DNA of 64,000 nucleotides from Octopus vulgaris (taxonomy: Eukaryota): contig OX597822.1 of the NCBI GenBank assembly GCA_951406725.2, positions 92,380,001-92,444,000 on the forward strand, in the 5' to 3' direction. A program made the translations under genes and the position numbers. A model generated the notes under the pieces. That model was not told the origin of the DNA. It saw nothing but the letters and a program-made list of their open reading frames with translations, and searched no databases. Positions 26,837 to 41,000 of the stretch are shown one piece after another (position 1 is the stretch's first letter; every line of letters begins with the position of its first letter).

Positions 26837-27143
26837 ATGGATATATCTGATCACAAAAATTGTCAAGCCATTGATTATATTGAAATATAAATCCACTATG
26901 ATTGATTTGTTTATCCCTTCTGCTTATCTCATTTTCATGTTCTTCAATTACCAAATTTACAGATATACACACAGGGGAGCTTCTATATGGCTACTCAAAC
27001 CTGCTATAAACACCAGGATGGTCATGGCTGGAATGCTTTTGATCGTAAGTTCAGAGCTGACATGGGGGTAAACAACAACGCACACAGCATATAAACGAGA
27101 GTCATAAAACAAGTCAGAATCTGTGAAGAGACAAGATACATAC

Positions 27144-27313
27144 CTCGACAGGAGTGAACAGGGAACACACTGAACAATGAGGCTCCAGTTTTGATACTGC
27201 AACATTGAACTGAATCTCAGCTTTTAGGTTGGCAGGGACATCATGCCAAAGGTTCAGAAAAGGTTTAGCCCACTTTTCATTAATCTCACAGTTCTCCCCT
27301 GAACCACTTGTGG
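27144..27313 (-). CDS. KDM4: KDM4 exon, start of PHD1
   Basis: EKWAKPFLNLWHDVPANLKAEIQFNVAVSKLEPHCSVCSLF matches the KDM4 WAKPL..LW...PHCAVC segment. Donor GAG|gtatgt. An in-frame alternative acceptor a few codons downstream is possible. Confidence 0.9.
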
Positions 27314-30028
27314 CTATCAAATATATAAGTAGGTACAAAAAATAAACTGGTGATGATGATGACAATAATGACAATGACCATAACGTTGATGATGATAATG
27401 ATAATAACAATTCCTTTATCTAGAGTTAGTGCAATGGGGGCCAACACAATACCTTACTGGCACATATTTTACCATTGTCAAGTTAAATTCCAACAAAGAT
27501 GACTGTACATGTAATAAAACATTTAGTCTGGTACTCTGCTGTCTCAGACATAATAAACTCTTATGCCATCTAGTGTCAGAGTTTATTATGATCACTATTG
27601 CTACTGCTTACTACACTACTCTGCTTCTCTGGTTCCTGACATGTATTCTATTGACATCTGTTCAGGTTTTTCAATGTTGATACACGAACATTATTCTCAA
27701 CAAACTGAACTTCAAAATGTTGCTACTTAGGAATCTATTAAATGTACTCACACTTTAACATTACTCTGACCATCACTAACAACTAACACTTAAGGAAAAT
27801 AGAAAGCCTATGCAATTGTTCAACCTGTCAGAAATAACAGCCCAATCTCCCTCGAATCACACCTTGCTATCTTAAGGGGGAAAAAAAGGTACATAGGATA
27901 CTATCTAGATAAACTACCTGTGAACAGACAGGACAGTCACAGTTAGAATGCACCTGATCACAAATTTGCTTGATCATAGCTAAGCTGAAGCTAAAAGACA
28001 ACAATAATTGGCACAATATAAGTTACCCCTCTTTACAAAGTTAGGGGTATGGGGATTTAATACTTTGCAGAAGCAGCTTGAAGAGTGAAAATGATCGAGC
28101 AGAACAGACAAGAGTGAAATCAGTGGGTTTTCATGATGTCAACAGCACAACAGTGTGCTGTGTTCATCATGGACTTAGTTTACCTAACTATCAAACCAAT
28201 CCTCTGATTGTCCTTTTTAAATCCGAAGATATTCATAGAGTCCTAAACTCTCATTTCATATTATTGTAAATATGGTAAGTACCTTGTTACTTTATAATAC
28301 TGAATTCAAAGTTTTGAAAAGGAAAAGTTCTTTAAAGCCAACTTGCTATAGGTACACATAGCATTATTATCACTTAACAACCATGTTCCATGCTGGCATG
28401 GGTTGGACATATTCAATAAGTCCAAGGACTGCATCATGTTCCTATGTCTGTTTTGGCATACTTTCTACAGCTGTATACCCTTCCTAATGCCAACCATACT
28501 ACAGCATGGACTGGGTGCATTTTTTTCAACACACCAACACTAATGAGATCACTATGCAGCTTGGATAACTATGAACTCCTTCAAGTAGGTGAGGCTATAG
28601 CAAAAAGGAAAATGGTATGACGCTAGGAGAGGAGGAGTTTAAGCATGAGAGAAGAGTTCAGAACAGAACAGGTTTCTTGCTGTAGAGAAGCTACAAGGCT
28701 GTTCATATTATAGAAGAGAGCAAGGAGTGACTAGGACAGCAGAGCTAGAAAATGATAAAATAGTGATAATGAGGGTGTCAAGGTGACTCTCAATTATGAG
28801 ATGAATAGCAGTGAGTGGGGACAGGAGAACAAGGAGGTTCAGGTAAGTAGAGGTTGTAAGAATGTATGGGAAAGTGAAAGAGGATTAGAAATGGGAGATG
28901 TTTGTATGTGGATGTATCGTTCAATGATACCCTTATAACCTGATGTAATGAAGCACCGTCATAAAATCACTATCTTACCTGACCCATAGCACACACACAA
29001 ACACAAAAATAGCAATAAAGTCAATTCCCTCACTAGGATCAATTCCATGCTAGTTACCAACAACTGCTAATAAATATGAAGAAATGAAGGTAGTTTCATA
29101 ACAATCTTGCCTGTGTCCCTTGAGCAAGTCTTTCTCTGTATCAAGAGGGTAGATATCAAAAGAGACACAGCAACAGTATCACATGCTGACCCATGTGACC
29201 AACTGTTATATAATACACTGCATTGTTGACTCAGAACCAAGCTGAAACAACAAAGGTACTGCAACTGTGAAGTGTTTGTAAAGATTTAATTAGCAATCTT
29301 TGTGCTCAAGATTTGTCATTCAAGCAAAAGTCACTAGCAGCACTCAAAAGTATTTTGTGAAAAGTTTAGATTAAATTGTATCCACATGGTGGTACTGTCT
29401 TCTAAGGGCTGATCTTTAACTAAGCAGCAACTACATATAACTATCTTGATTGTAAACTCTATTAAATCTACATGTGTAGTTTAATTACTTGTATTTAAGC
29501 TATAAATCACAGGCCATCTTATAGAATTTTGCTGCTACTCAGTAACAAATAGGTTAAACTGCAGTTCAAACCTTAGTGCTTACTTCACCAGCTTCAAAAG
29601 GATGACAAACTAAGTAGCCCTTGATGAGATTTGAAGCCAAAACAAAAAGGGATGTAATCAAAAAGTACAAAGTGTTTTGTCTAACATTCTCCTAATTCTG
29701 CTGTCAGCCCAACAAAGTATATGAATTAAATAGGTAATTTTATACAAACTTAATAAAAATAAATAAAGAAAAATAAAAAAAGAAAACTGAATTAAACAGT
29801 AAAACACATTTTTTATAACAAACACTCATAATAGACTGAGCTTCCAGCTAAACTTAGTTTGAAGTTTGAAGAATAGTGAAAGGATAAAATGGTGAAAATA
29901 TAGTCAAAATCAACTTTTAAACTTATTTTTCAAAGATTAATTTTCATTACTGACATACAGAAATTAGTAAACAAAAGACAAAAAGGCACTCTTTGAACAC
30001 AGAACAAAAGCAAGAAATAATATCAAAC

Positions 30029-30293
30029 CTGAATTTGAGTGAGAATCTTGATCTGGTGGAGACACCCTCTGTTTTGATGTTGACAAAGTCTTTGAACTGG
30101 AGACTGTTTTCTGGTGTTTCTGCTGTGCCTGCAAATGTTCAAGACTGGAGCTATCACTACAAACCGATTGAGAAACCGTTTTAGTATCAGAATTTTCTTT
30201 AGTACACTCAGACTTTTTCCTTTTAGAAACCTTTGCAGATGGCTTTTCATCAGCTACTGATCCATTTCCTGCCAGAGATTTCTTAGCAGATTT
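30029..30293 (-). CDS. KDM4: KDM4 linker exon (K/S-rich)
   Basis: Acceptor ttttcctctttag| and donor TCAG|gtttga. Open frame KSAKKSLAGNGSVADEKPSAKVSKRKK...DQDSHSNS. 265 nt, phase 0 to 1, matching both neighbours. Confidence 0.85.
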
Positions 30294-31500
30294 CTAAAGA
30301 GGAAAAAAATGACAAAAAATAAGAAAAAAACATTACAGACAATTACATAAAATATTTATATTTTGTATAATGGGTGAGGTGTCACTAAAAGAGAAACATC
30401 CACAAAAATATGAAACACACGATAACTACTTTTCCACTTCAAAATTGAGGATAAGATAGGTGTTCTCTCAGAGAAATAATTTCATATAATGAAATTTTAT
30501 GCCTATTAGATGTTAGTGACACTTACATCTATTAAATATTCAAAAGTATTAATGACATAATTAAAATTATTATAAACTGCTTTCCAAAGAATTTGCTTCT
30601 ATATGGTGTTGGCTCTCACATTTACATATAACAATAATCCTTTCTACTAACACAAGGCTTGAAATTTGGAGGAGGGGGTATGTTGATTACATCAACTCTA
30701 ATACTTAACTGGTGCATATTTTACTGGCAGAATTTGAACTCAGAATGAAGCAACAGACAAAATTCTGCTAAGCATTTCATCTGGCATGCTAACGGTTCTG
30801 CCAGCTCACTGCCTTACATATTATTGTAATAATAATAATAATAATAACAACAACAATAATCCTTTCTATTATAGGCACAAGGCCAGAAATTTTGGGGGTA
30901 AAAGTTAGTCAAGTAAATCAATCCCAGTGCTTAACAGGTACTTATTTCATCAACCCCAATAGCATGAAAGATGAAGTTGACCTCAGCAGAATTTGAGCTC
31001 AGATCTTAAAGATAGACAAAATGCTGCCAGTGTGTTAATGATTTTGCCAGCTCATCACCTTAATAATGCTTTCTACTTTAGGCATGAGGTCAGAAATTTT
31101 GGGGGCAGGGCCTAGTCCAGTGCATCAACCCCAGTGCATGACTAATACTTATTTCACTGACCCCCAAAAGGCTGACAGGCAAAATCAGCCTCAGTGGAAT
31201 TTGAACTCAGAATGCAAAGTTGGATGACATGTTGCTAAGTATTTTGTCTGACATGTTAATGATTCTGTCAACTCATTGCTTTAATATTGATTTCAAATTT
31301 TGGCACAAAGCCAGCAAGTTCAGAAGAGGGAATGAGTTGATTACATTGACCCCAGTACTTAACTGGTACTTATTTTATCAACCACGGAAAGATGAAAGGT
31401 AAAGTCAACCTCGGCAGAATTTGAACAAATGAAATGCTGCTGAGCATTTTGCCTGGTGTGCTAACAACACTGCCAGCTTACTGCCTTGCCATAATAATAA

Positions 31501-31644
31501 TCATCATCATCGTCGTTTAACGTCCGTTCTCCATGCTAGCATGGGTTGGACGGTTCGACCGGGGTTCTGGGAAGCCAGAAGGCTGCACCAGGCTCCAGTC
31601 TAATCTGGCAATGTTTCTACAGCTGGATGCCCTTCCTAACGCCA

Positions 31645-31645
<1 letters not shown>
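31501..31645 (-). mobile_element. Short RTE-3'-end element, identical to 63511-63655 apart from the tail
   Basis: Direct comparison; inserted in (AAT)n. Confidence 0.9.
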
Positions 31646-31687
<42 letters not shown>

Positions 31688-31854
31688 GTAGTAGTAGTTG
31701 TTGTTGTTGTTGTTGTTGTTGTCATTTCTAGTGTAGGCACATGGCCTGAAATCTTGTGGGAGGAAGCTAGTAGTCAATTACACGGACCCCAGTGCTCAAC
31801 AGGTATTTATACAGCTAACCATTTCGTCCAGTACGAATAATAATAATAATAATA

Positions 31855-32398
31855 ATGCCCTGATACAATACCAGGCAGTGGCTCTTATGGCTTCTAATCT
31901 TAATTGATTGGAAGTGTTATCATGTACATTGTTTTGTCTTGGTATAAAAGATGGGCTACAGCAAATATTCTGCTCAACACCACAGAATTGCTTGTCAGTT
32001 GTTTGACTGTGACCAGTTGAACATGTCCCTTGGTGACTGATGATATGTGCATCTCTGATCATGAGCAGTAGTGGGGGAGCATCATAGCCATGTGTCATAA
32101 GGAATTCTTTGGAGTTTGAATAATTCACCTCTGGAAACATGGGTGTTTCATTCATCATCCTTAAACAACCCTCATTCAAGGACCTTTTGAGCAGAATGGG
32201 CTACTCAACCTGAAGAAAATTCTAACTGGGCCCCACCTGCAAGGCCATGTGCTGTTTATTTTGATATAAGATTACATGTTGTTGTGATGCATGTGCCTGG
32301 TGTGCCCTTATCAGATGGGTAAACATGATGGGTATATTGGGCTTCATATAATTGTACCCCAGTGTCACTTTGATGGCATGCGCTGCTCTTTCACTCAA
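31855..32398. mobile_element. Unclassified element of about 540 bp inserted in an (AAT)n tract
   Basis: GC-richer block bounded on both sides by aataataat, within the SINE cluster. Possibly the non-coding end of a TAA-targeting element. Confidence 0.5.
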
Positions 32399-34207
32399 TA
32401 ATAATAGCTTCAAATTTTGCCACAAGGGCAGCAATTTTATGGAGGGGGGAGTCAATTACTTCAACCCCAGTGTTCAACTGGTACTTATTTTATCAACCCT
32501 GAAAGGATGAAAGGTAAAGTTGATCTCAGTGGAATTTGAACTCAGAACATAGGGATGAGCAAAATACTGCTAAGCATTTTTTCCAGCGCACTATCAATTC
32601 TGCCAGTTCACCGCTTTAATAATAATAAAAAGAACAACAACAATCATAATAATAATAATAATGGTTTCAAATTTTGGAACAAGGCCTGCAATTTTGGGTG
32701 AGAGGGTAAGTGAATTACATCATCCCCAGTGCTCAATTGGAACTTATTTCACCGACCCTGAAAGGATGAAAAGCAAAGTCAACTTCAGTAGAATTTGAAC
32801 TCAGAACATAAAGATGGACAAAGTGTCACTAAGCATTTTATCAGGCATGCTAGCTATTCTGCCAGCTCACCACCTTATTCCAATACATGATAATGATTTC
32901 TTTTATTTGCCACTATGGTGACATATAAAGAGGACCATCATAATAAAGTCAAAAAGTTAATATAAATTTTATCTAATTGCATAAGTTGGTGGCACTGGAG
33001 TCTCTGTGTGGTCACTACACCTGCAAGAAATAGTAGCCATATTACTTCCACTGCCTTAGAAATAAGACACATTGGATAATGATTCTGGGTTCCTTGTTCA
33101 TAGTAAAAAGTCATGGTGGTCATACAACTGCTCGATCAGGGATGAGCCAGAACCACACAACAACTAGGTATTACTACACTAACTGTCAACTGCATCTACA
33201 CTAAGTTCAATGCCATCATATAGGATTTTGCTCTTGCTCTGGATTTGAAAGATATCATTAATATCAAGTTTCTTCCACTATTTTTCAAGTATCCTAGACC
33301 ACATACAAAAGAACATTTCACTAATTGGCAAACATTTCACTAATACACAACATCTGGCCCAGAGCCATGCCATATGCTTACTTGGATCATTCTATCACTA
33401 CTTCAATGGTCCCCGTTCCACAGAACTAGTTTGTTACATTAATACTTCCATTGTCTCAACACCCACTAAGCCCAATTACACAATGTTGACTCTTTGGAAT
33501 TCCATTCCTACTCGTTTTTCCTGCAGACATTTATTTTATTTAGAGATGTTTAAGTTGAACATGTATTGATCTTGGCAGTGTGAATGAAGGTCATGGATGT
33601 TGACCCTCCTCCAACTAAAGTCATAAAAGAAACATTTCTTTTCCAAACTACACACCTTCACTCACAACTTCTGTAATTTTATTATATGGAAATTAAATTG
33701 TATATACATGAACAGCAAATGACAAAATAGGGTTTGCAGTTCCAAAACATCAACAAAATTAAGCAAAAAAGAAAAAAAGAAAAAAAACAATTAAGGTTCT
33801 TTCGAATTTTTCAAAGATGAAAGAAATTTAAATTTTTACTAACTAAGCAACAAGTAAAGTTACTCTTTGACAAAACTTGTTCAAAGTCTGGTTTGTACTT
33901 ATCTCATTGTAAAATATTATTGAAACACTGATAGTCAATCATTATTTTATGTACACTTTCTTTGCTAGATTGGATTGAAGAGGTTGTCACAGTCAATTCT
34001 TATTTCAAGTTATTACTCTCTTAGATGGGTTGGAGGACTTACATGTTTTTTTTTTCATGGTTCCTAACAACTGGATACCTTCCCCAATGCCACAACCCTT
34101 TACAGAGTGCACTGGGTTTATTTGATCATAGCACCAGCATTAATGAGGTTACTTTGTGCACTATTTTGCATTGTCTTTGTTCATTTTAGGTAAGATGAAC
34201 AAGATGG

Positions 34208-34238
<31 letters not shown>

Positions 34239-34751
34239 CAATAACAGAAGATGAGTGAATGAAGAAAACAAGAATATGATGGTAAAAACAGAGAGATTGA
34301 AGTGAAGAAGGAAAGAAAATGGCAGATGGTAACAGATGGACAATGGCAAGACAGTAATAGATACCAGTAATAAGGAATGGTGGTTAGCAGTACAGAAAAG
34401 GTGAAGATATTTTAAACAGATCCAATGCAATCCTTTACACATGGAGCCCTTGATGAATGAAATAGAAACTGTGATAGGGATAGTGGTAAAACAGGATTGA
34501 CTATGGGTAGGTTCATAATCAAGTATTTATCTGGTGAATTCTTCCAAAATGCATAAAGGCTAGATGTCTTACACTTCTTGTTGGTACAGTAGTTTGTATG
34601 TTTACTGGTCAAATCAGAAGGAAAAAAGCTACAATGTCATAGTTCACTGACAGTGTATTGTGCAGGGTGAAGTTTCTTATTCTTTTTCCTCATCATATTT
34701 AATATTCTACCACCACCACCACCAATAATAATAATAATAATAACAACAACA

Positions 34752-35092
34752 ACACTCACAGAGTGCAGACCTCTGTCAAGGCAACACCAATGTCCTCTCA
34801 ACAATTAGCTGGAGATGATTTTTAAAATGAGAATACCTGAAATAAACTCAGCTGCTCTCACAAATGAGAATACTAAAAATGAACCTGGATGCTCTCAAAA
34901 ATTAAGTAAAAAAACAGGAAACATCCTTGTCTGGTACTGGATCAATCCCAAAATCTAATCAGCTCGTGCCAGTCACTAGGTCAAACATCCCTGAAGGTTT
35001 CATCCAAATCCATCTAGATATCCTGTCCACAGACAAACAAACAAACATGGCTGAAAACAATAACTCTGCCTTTGCTAAGGCAGAGGTAATAA
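34752..35092 (+). mobile_element. Helentron-associated (HINE-like) non-autonomous element
   Basis: 5' subterminal cctctgtcaaggc, internal acagacaaacaaac microsatellite, and 3' hairpin ctctgcctt-tgct-aaggcagag. Confidence 0.5.
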
Positions 35093-38000
35093 TAATAATC
35101 CTTTCGACTAAAGGCACAATGCCTGAAATTTAGCGGGAGAGGACTGGTCGATTCTATCAATCCCAGTGTTTCATTGGTAGCTAATTTATCGACCCTGAAA
35201 GGGTGAAAGTTGAAGTCAACCTCAGTGGAACATAAAGACAGAACATAAAGTGCAGAACATAAAAACAGATGAAATGCCATTAAACATTTTGCCCAATGTG
35301 CTAATGATTCCGCCAGCTCACCACCTTATTATCATTAATAATAATAATAAACCTCAACCCCAGTACTTCACTGGTACTATCTATATACAGTTATGTCTGT
35401 GAGCTTGAGAAGTTTTGTTTGTAATGTGATTCGAGGTTCGTCTTTTTCCATAGTCCAAAGTCAACCAAAGCCTTGTGAATAAAATCTGGTAAATGGAAAC
35501 TGAACAAGTCTATAAACAAGGGAATCAGTGTATCAAACAAAGCACCCTGTGATAATTTTGTTCTACCTTAAAGCTTAACTTTACCTTTCTCCATTCTGAG
35601 CTTGATTAAACAAAGTCACACACTGGGAGGGTTAATATAATTGACTAAAATGAAGGTACTGTCCCCGCAGGTTCCCTAATTCACCACTTCTTTATGTGCC
35701 TGCTAACACTAATATGTTAATTACTTGCAATGTATTAAAAGATCATCCAGTAATCATTTCATCAGTAAATGACTTCGGCACATAACAGTAGACTATATGC
35801 ATGACAGTTTTTCTATCTTGAGCTCTCTTCAAAATGAAAAAGTAAACTACTGACAAAATATTTTTGAAAGAAACAAGTAAGACAAAAAAGAAAAATTTCC
35901 CAAACTGCTCACAATACAGCCTCTATACAACCCTTTCACTTGCTAGAACAGCAGTCAAATTTCACTCAAATTCATTTTAAAAGAAAACAAACATTTGACT
36001 GTGTAGTTCTACATAGAATACGCCTGAAAAAAAAAATTTTAAAGGATGACAGTAACTGTAACACCTGTAAACATGGCTGACATGCAGGTCAGACAACAAT
36101 AAATAACCAATTTTCTCTCTTGAAAGAATGAATATTTGGCAGAATTTCTTCCTTCATATATTTATGTATCTTTTTTTTTTTTAATTAAAATATCCCTGCA
36201 CGAGATTTATTCCACTGAGTTGGAGAAGCCTTTATCTACTCATACCATCAAAAATGCAGTAACTGACCCATCAGAGACCTGCAATCAACAACACTATTGT
36301 TCTCAAATTAAGCTATAAGACATAAAATACAAATAGATCTACAGTGATTGTAGTATTTGCAGCATGCTGCTTGTTCTATCTACTAAAACCGAAGGTAATG
36401 GCTAGAATTTACAAAAACTAAAGATGCTCTGCTATTAAGCCAAAAAAAAATAATAATGGGAGTATCTATGCAGACACTCAGCTTTCTAGATATAGCAACA
36501 CAATTTCTCTGAAATTACACTTTTCTACCTTAATATAAGATAGGATATATTTTTAAATCTTAAATACATTGTAGCTGAAGGAAAAAATGATGATGACCAC
36601 AGTTGGAATCCTTTTGATCATAAACCTCACAGTCAATCTCAGTGTTGATCTGGCTAGAACTAAACAACAGCAACCCAAATTTTTTTTAAAATTCACTAAA
36701 ACATCCAGCCTGAAATATAAAATGTTCTATTCCCCACAACATAATGACATTTTCTATGGTATTTTTTTCTTTTTTGTTGTTCTTTTCATTTTATTCTTTT
36801 TGTTTTTGTTCTTTAGAGAGATCAGGAATCCTTGACATTGGCTTGAGCACTACATGAGAGAGAGAAAGGAAGAGGGGGGAAAAGGAGGGAGAGAGAAGTT
36901 TATTCATTTATGGAAGATATTGAACAAATATTCAACACAATTTTATCTCAAGAATCAAATAAGGAATAGAATGTCCTGATATTAAAAGTTATTAGTAGTA
37001 ACTCAACTGTCCGTATATTTGGTAAAATAAGCAATTTCTGTAGTACCTGCAACATGTGTTTAGGGGTTGCTTTTGTTTTACTTGGTTTTTGTTGTTGTTG
37101 TTTTACTTAGTAAGAAGGGTGATTTGTAAGGGAAAGGGAGAGAACAAGTCAACTGAAATATTAGCCCTAGAGGAATTCAACTGAAAATGTTGAGACACCA
37201 AAACAAGCATGTATACACACAAAAATACATATACTATATACTCACAACAGAGCCCTTCAGAAAAAGAGAGAGAATTAAGAAATTAAACAGTTGCTGTTGT
37301 TTAAATCCCAAACCAGTCCTCACTAAGCAAACCTATGGCCAAAAGACATTACAGCCATAAATGTCCAGTCTTTTTCCAGATATCACACGTCTAGGATTAC
37401 ACTGTCTGATGTGTACTTTTTTTTAAAGATTGTACAGTATGTTTTGGGTGGAATTTGTCAGCTAATTGAAACAGGTTCAGCAACCAACATAATATAAGTT
37501 CTTTCTTTGGCTCTGATTTGGTGCCAAGCAAAATACTGATATTTAGCAGTAAAGAAGAATGAAATGATTTTCAACCAGGAACTGAAGCAGCTTTGAGACA
37601 CATGTTGTACCTCTGATTTGGATCCATTTTGTCAGGTTACATTGATTAAGATCAGATATTTGTGAGAAACAAATAAAATAAGGTGATAAATAAGTAAATA
37701 AGTAGTTGGTTGAAACACAGTTGTTTGTGGAGTTTCTTACTAGTAAAAGTATGACGACCAGCTTCCAATCTCAAACAAAAAATAGAAGAATAAGATTAAT
37801 GTATTTCGTGCCAAACCAAAATAATGGTATGTTATTTGTCAAATGGAGGAAAGCGATAGGCATAATGATAGGATCAATAAGTTTGCTTTGCAATCACGAG
37901 TTCCCCACTTCAATCCCACTGCATATCATCTTGGGTTCTGTCATTTACTGTAGTCTAACACTGACAATACTTTGTGAGGGATATAAGGTAGACAGAAACT

Positions 38001-41000
38001 GTGTGGAAGCCCATTGGATTGATGGTACCTGTAATTCAAAGGGCCGGCTTAGTCAATCATTGATATATAAATAGATAATCATGTAATATCGACACTAATA
38101 TATAAATATATAATCATTTGATAAATTTTAAAATGATATTTTTACACACACACACTAATAGGTTCCCTTTATATATGTTTAGCTTCTCTTGCACTCTAAG
38201 TCTTCTGTCTTGTTGATCAATTCCTCCCATTTCTTATCAACCAATAAAAGTAAAAGATTTCAGTAGGGGACAATCAACAAGGTGTATATGCAAAAAAATA
38301 TTTTCTTGTATCACTAAGCTTATTTTCTTGTATCACGAAACTGTATTGATAACTTCTTACCTTCAAATCCTTACCGAAATAACAGGAAGAATTTGTAAGA
38401 GGAATAATTTCACATCATCTGCTTTTATTTGTCACTGTTGAGCTATAAATGGATATTTGGGAGTAGTAAATTTGTTGTATGGCACTCAAAGCCTTATGTA
38501 TAAATCAAGGAGAAAAAAACCACAAAACTCATTCTGCCTCACAAACATACGCATGTTGCTAGATTCAATTCAGATGTCAAAATTTCAGATGATGAAATGT
38601 TGCTATATAATGTCTGAATAAAAATACTTGTCCACAGAAGAAATGGTTAGAATGCAGGAAAAAAAAAAAAAGTAATTGACAGCTGGTTTGAAATTTTTAT
38701 GATCTTATTGTCAGGAAAGTAAAGAATTTAGCAGACTTCAAATGTTAATAGCATAGTGAAACAGGCTGATGCTGATCACAATGGGAAATCTGATATATAA
38801 TGAAAACTTGAAATGTGCTTTAAGTAGAAGACATGATCTTATATTGAAGAATATTCAAAGAAGATGAAAAATGTAATGGTAAGAAGATGAAAAATATGAT
38901 AAGAATTGTGAAATTGTAGGGTTTTTTAAAAAAAATTAATAGACTTCAAAATATATTGAAATTCGACTTAGGACAAGGCATTATGTGGTAAGCATTCATA
39001 ACTGAAACAGGGTGTTGAAATCAATAAAAACCTATGTTATCGACCTTTTTATTCTATCTGGGTTGATAAAAATTACTTTATAATTACTGCTAGAATAAAA
39101 GATTAACTGAACCCCAATAATATTTCAACTTAAATCAATGAAATGTCTCATTTGACTTTCTATCTATCTTCAGTCTAATAAAAATTCAATACTAGAACAT
39201 CTTAAAACTAGCTGGTGTTGAAAACAAGACATAATACACATAATACAACTATACATGCAAAAAAAAAAAAAAAAAAAAGATTTTTCATCAAAATTGAAGT
39301 GTGGTGTAATCCTTTTTTTAATTTTTAAAATATAACTATTTTTAAAAATTTTGACTGTAAACTTACAATTATATAATTTTGTACAAGCCACTATAGCTAT
39401 TAAACATGTGTGTGTGTGTGTGTGTGTGTGTGTATGCGTGTGCATGTGGAGGGATGAGAGAGAGATTGTGTGTGTGTGTGTGTGTGTGTGCACGCACGTG
39501 TCCATATGGGTTAAAAAGGAAACTTTTGGGCAGATTGAAACCATAGCAAAGCAAAGACAACAAAGAAATTATGAAACTTCTTCTAAGTGAACACAATTGA
39601 ACCATGCACTGGTTTTATATGAAAACACATAGAAGGTGGCATTATGTCCAACAAAAATTTGGAAGAAAACACTTTATAAGCAGAAACATCTTTTATTATT
39701 GGAAAAGTAAGAACATTACAGTGGTGAAATAATAAATCTATACCCAGATTACAGGAAGTATTAGGATCAGTATAATCATCCCACCAAACCTTAGAATTTC
39801 GCACAACAGATGTAAAGTTCTTTCCTCACAAACAGGTTTTCACAGTTTTTAATAAAGCAGTTTCATAACAATTATCATTTTTTGTAAAAAAAAGTTTTTA
39901 ATAATTCATTGCTTTATTTAATTTTTTTTCTTTATTCAAACATTGTTTGGAGGTCAGAAACATGAAGATTTGGATTAGAAATCATTATACAGTGTTTCTT
40001 TCTTTTTTTCTTTTTTTTTAATGGATTAGTAAATGATATTTGTGTGTGTGTGTGTGTGAGCGCATGTACTTTTATGTGTATAACATAGATATATTTGTTG
40101 TGAGCACATAAGTTTCTTATTTTTTTTATTAATGAACTGCAATTACTGCATCTACTAAAAAGTGTTTGCAACAAAATTAATAAACAGTTATTTACTTATA
40201 AAATAACAACTTGGGAGGAGAATAATCAAAATAAATATCAATTCAGTACAATCACAACATTTGGGATTCTTAGCCCCCATATCGTAACTCTGCCTGATGA
40301 GATATGTCAATTCTGAATTCTTTATATCAGACAGTCATACAGGAAAAAAATCTCAGTACTAACAGCTTTACATTGACTAAAAATGTTAAATAGATTTAAC
40401 AAATTAAGAAAAAAGAAAATTAAATATGAATTTGAAAAATAATGAAAATTGTGTAAATATAAATGAATTTTATCTTTAAAAAATTAATAATCATATATAT
40501 ACAGCTTTTGGAGTTTTTAATTATGTGAAAAAATAAAATCTACAAAAAATTATTTTATAATTAAAAATATCCAAATGATCAATATAAATAACCAATCATC
40601 TGCAAAATTATAATAATACTTGGTTTTGCATGATTAGAAAGTACCAATCGCTAATCTGAAACTGGGTACTTTCAAGAAGAGATGGAGAGAAATAGAAGAG
40701 AGTAAAAGAGGGGCTAAAAACAACAGAAAATAATGTTGCAGCAACGTCCCTTGATAGCCTAAATATAATTGCTTGCTAGGAACACAGCAAGTGAAATATA
40801 TTCTACAGAGTTTTATCTCTCCGTAATTATAAAAGTAATTTTACTTATTTAATCTTAAAAATCATTTCCTCATAAACTTCATCAATATCTTCATAAAATT
40901 TAGAACTGTATGGAATCAGAGCAATTCCAAGAACATTTACACTTCAACAATTCTGAATAGCCTTATTTTAAAATTTAATGCTGTTTTTCGTATAGGTTAA

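Larger units (their letters stand above)
30635..32880 (-). mobile_element. Head-to-tail cluster of about 7 tRNA-derived SINE copies separated by (AAT)n
   Basis: Repeated ...aaaggatgaaaggtaaagtcaacctc..gaatttgaactcaga...gccagctca units, all in the same orientation. Confidence 0.88.

Noticed and set aside
30023-30250. 75-aa ORF-track peptide MKSHLQRF...
   Set aside because: Wrong frame; the splice phases require the KSAKKSLAG frame.
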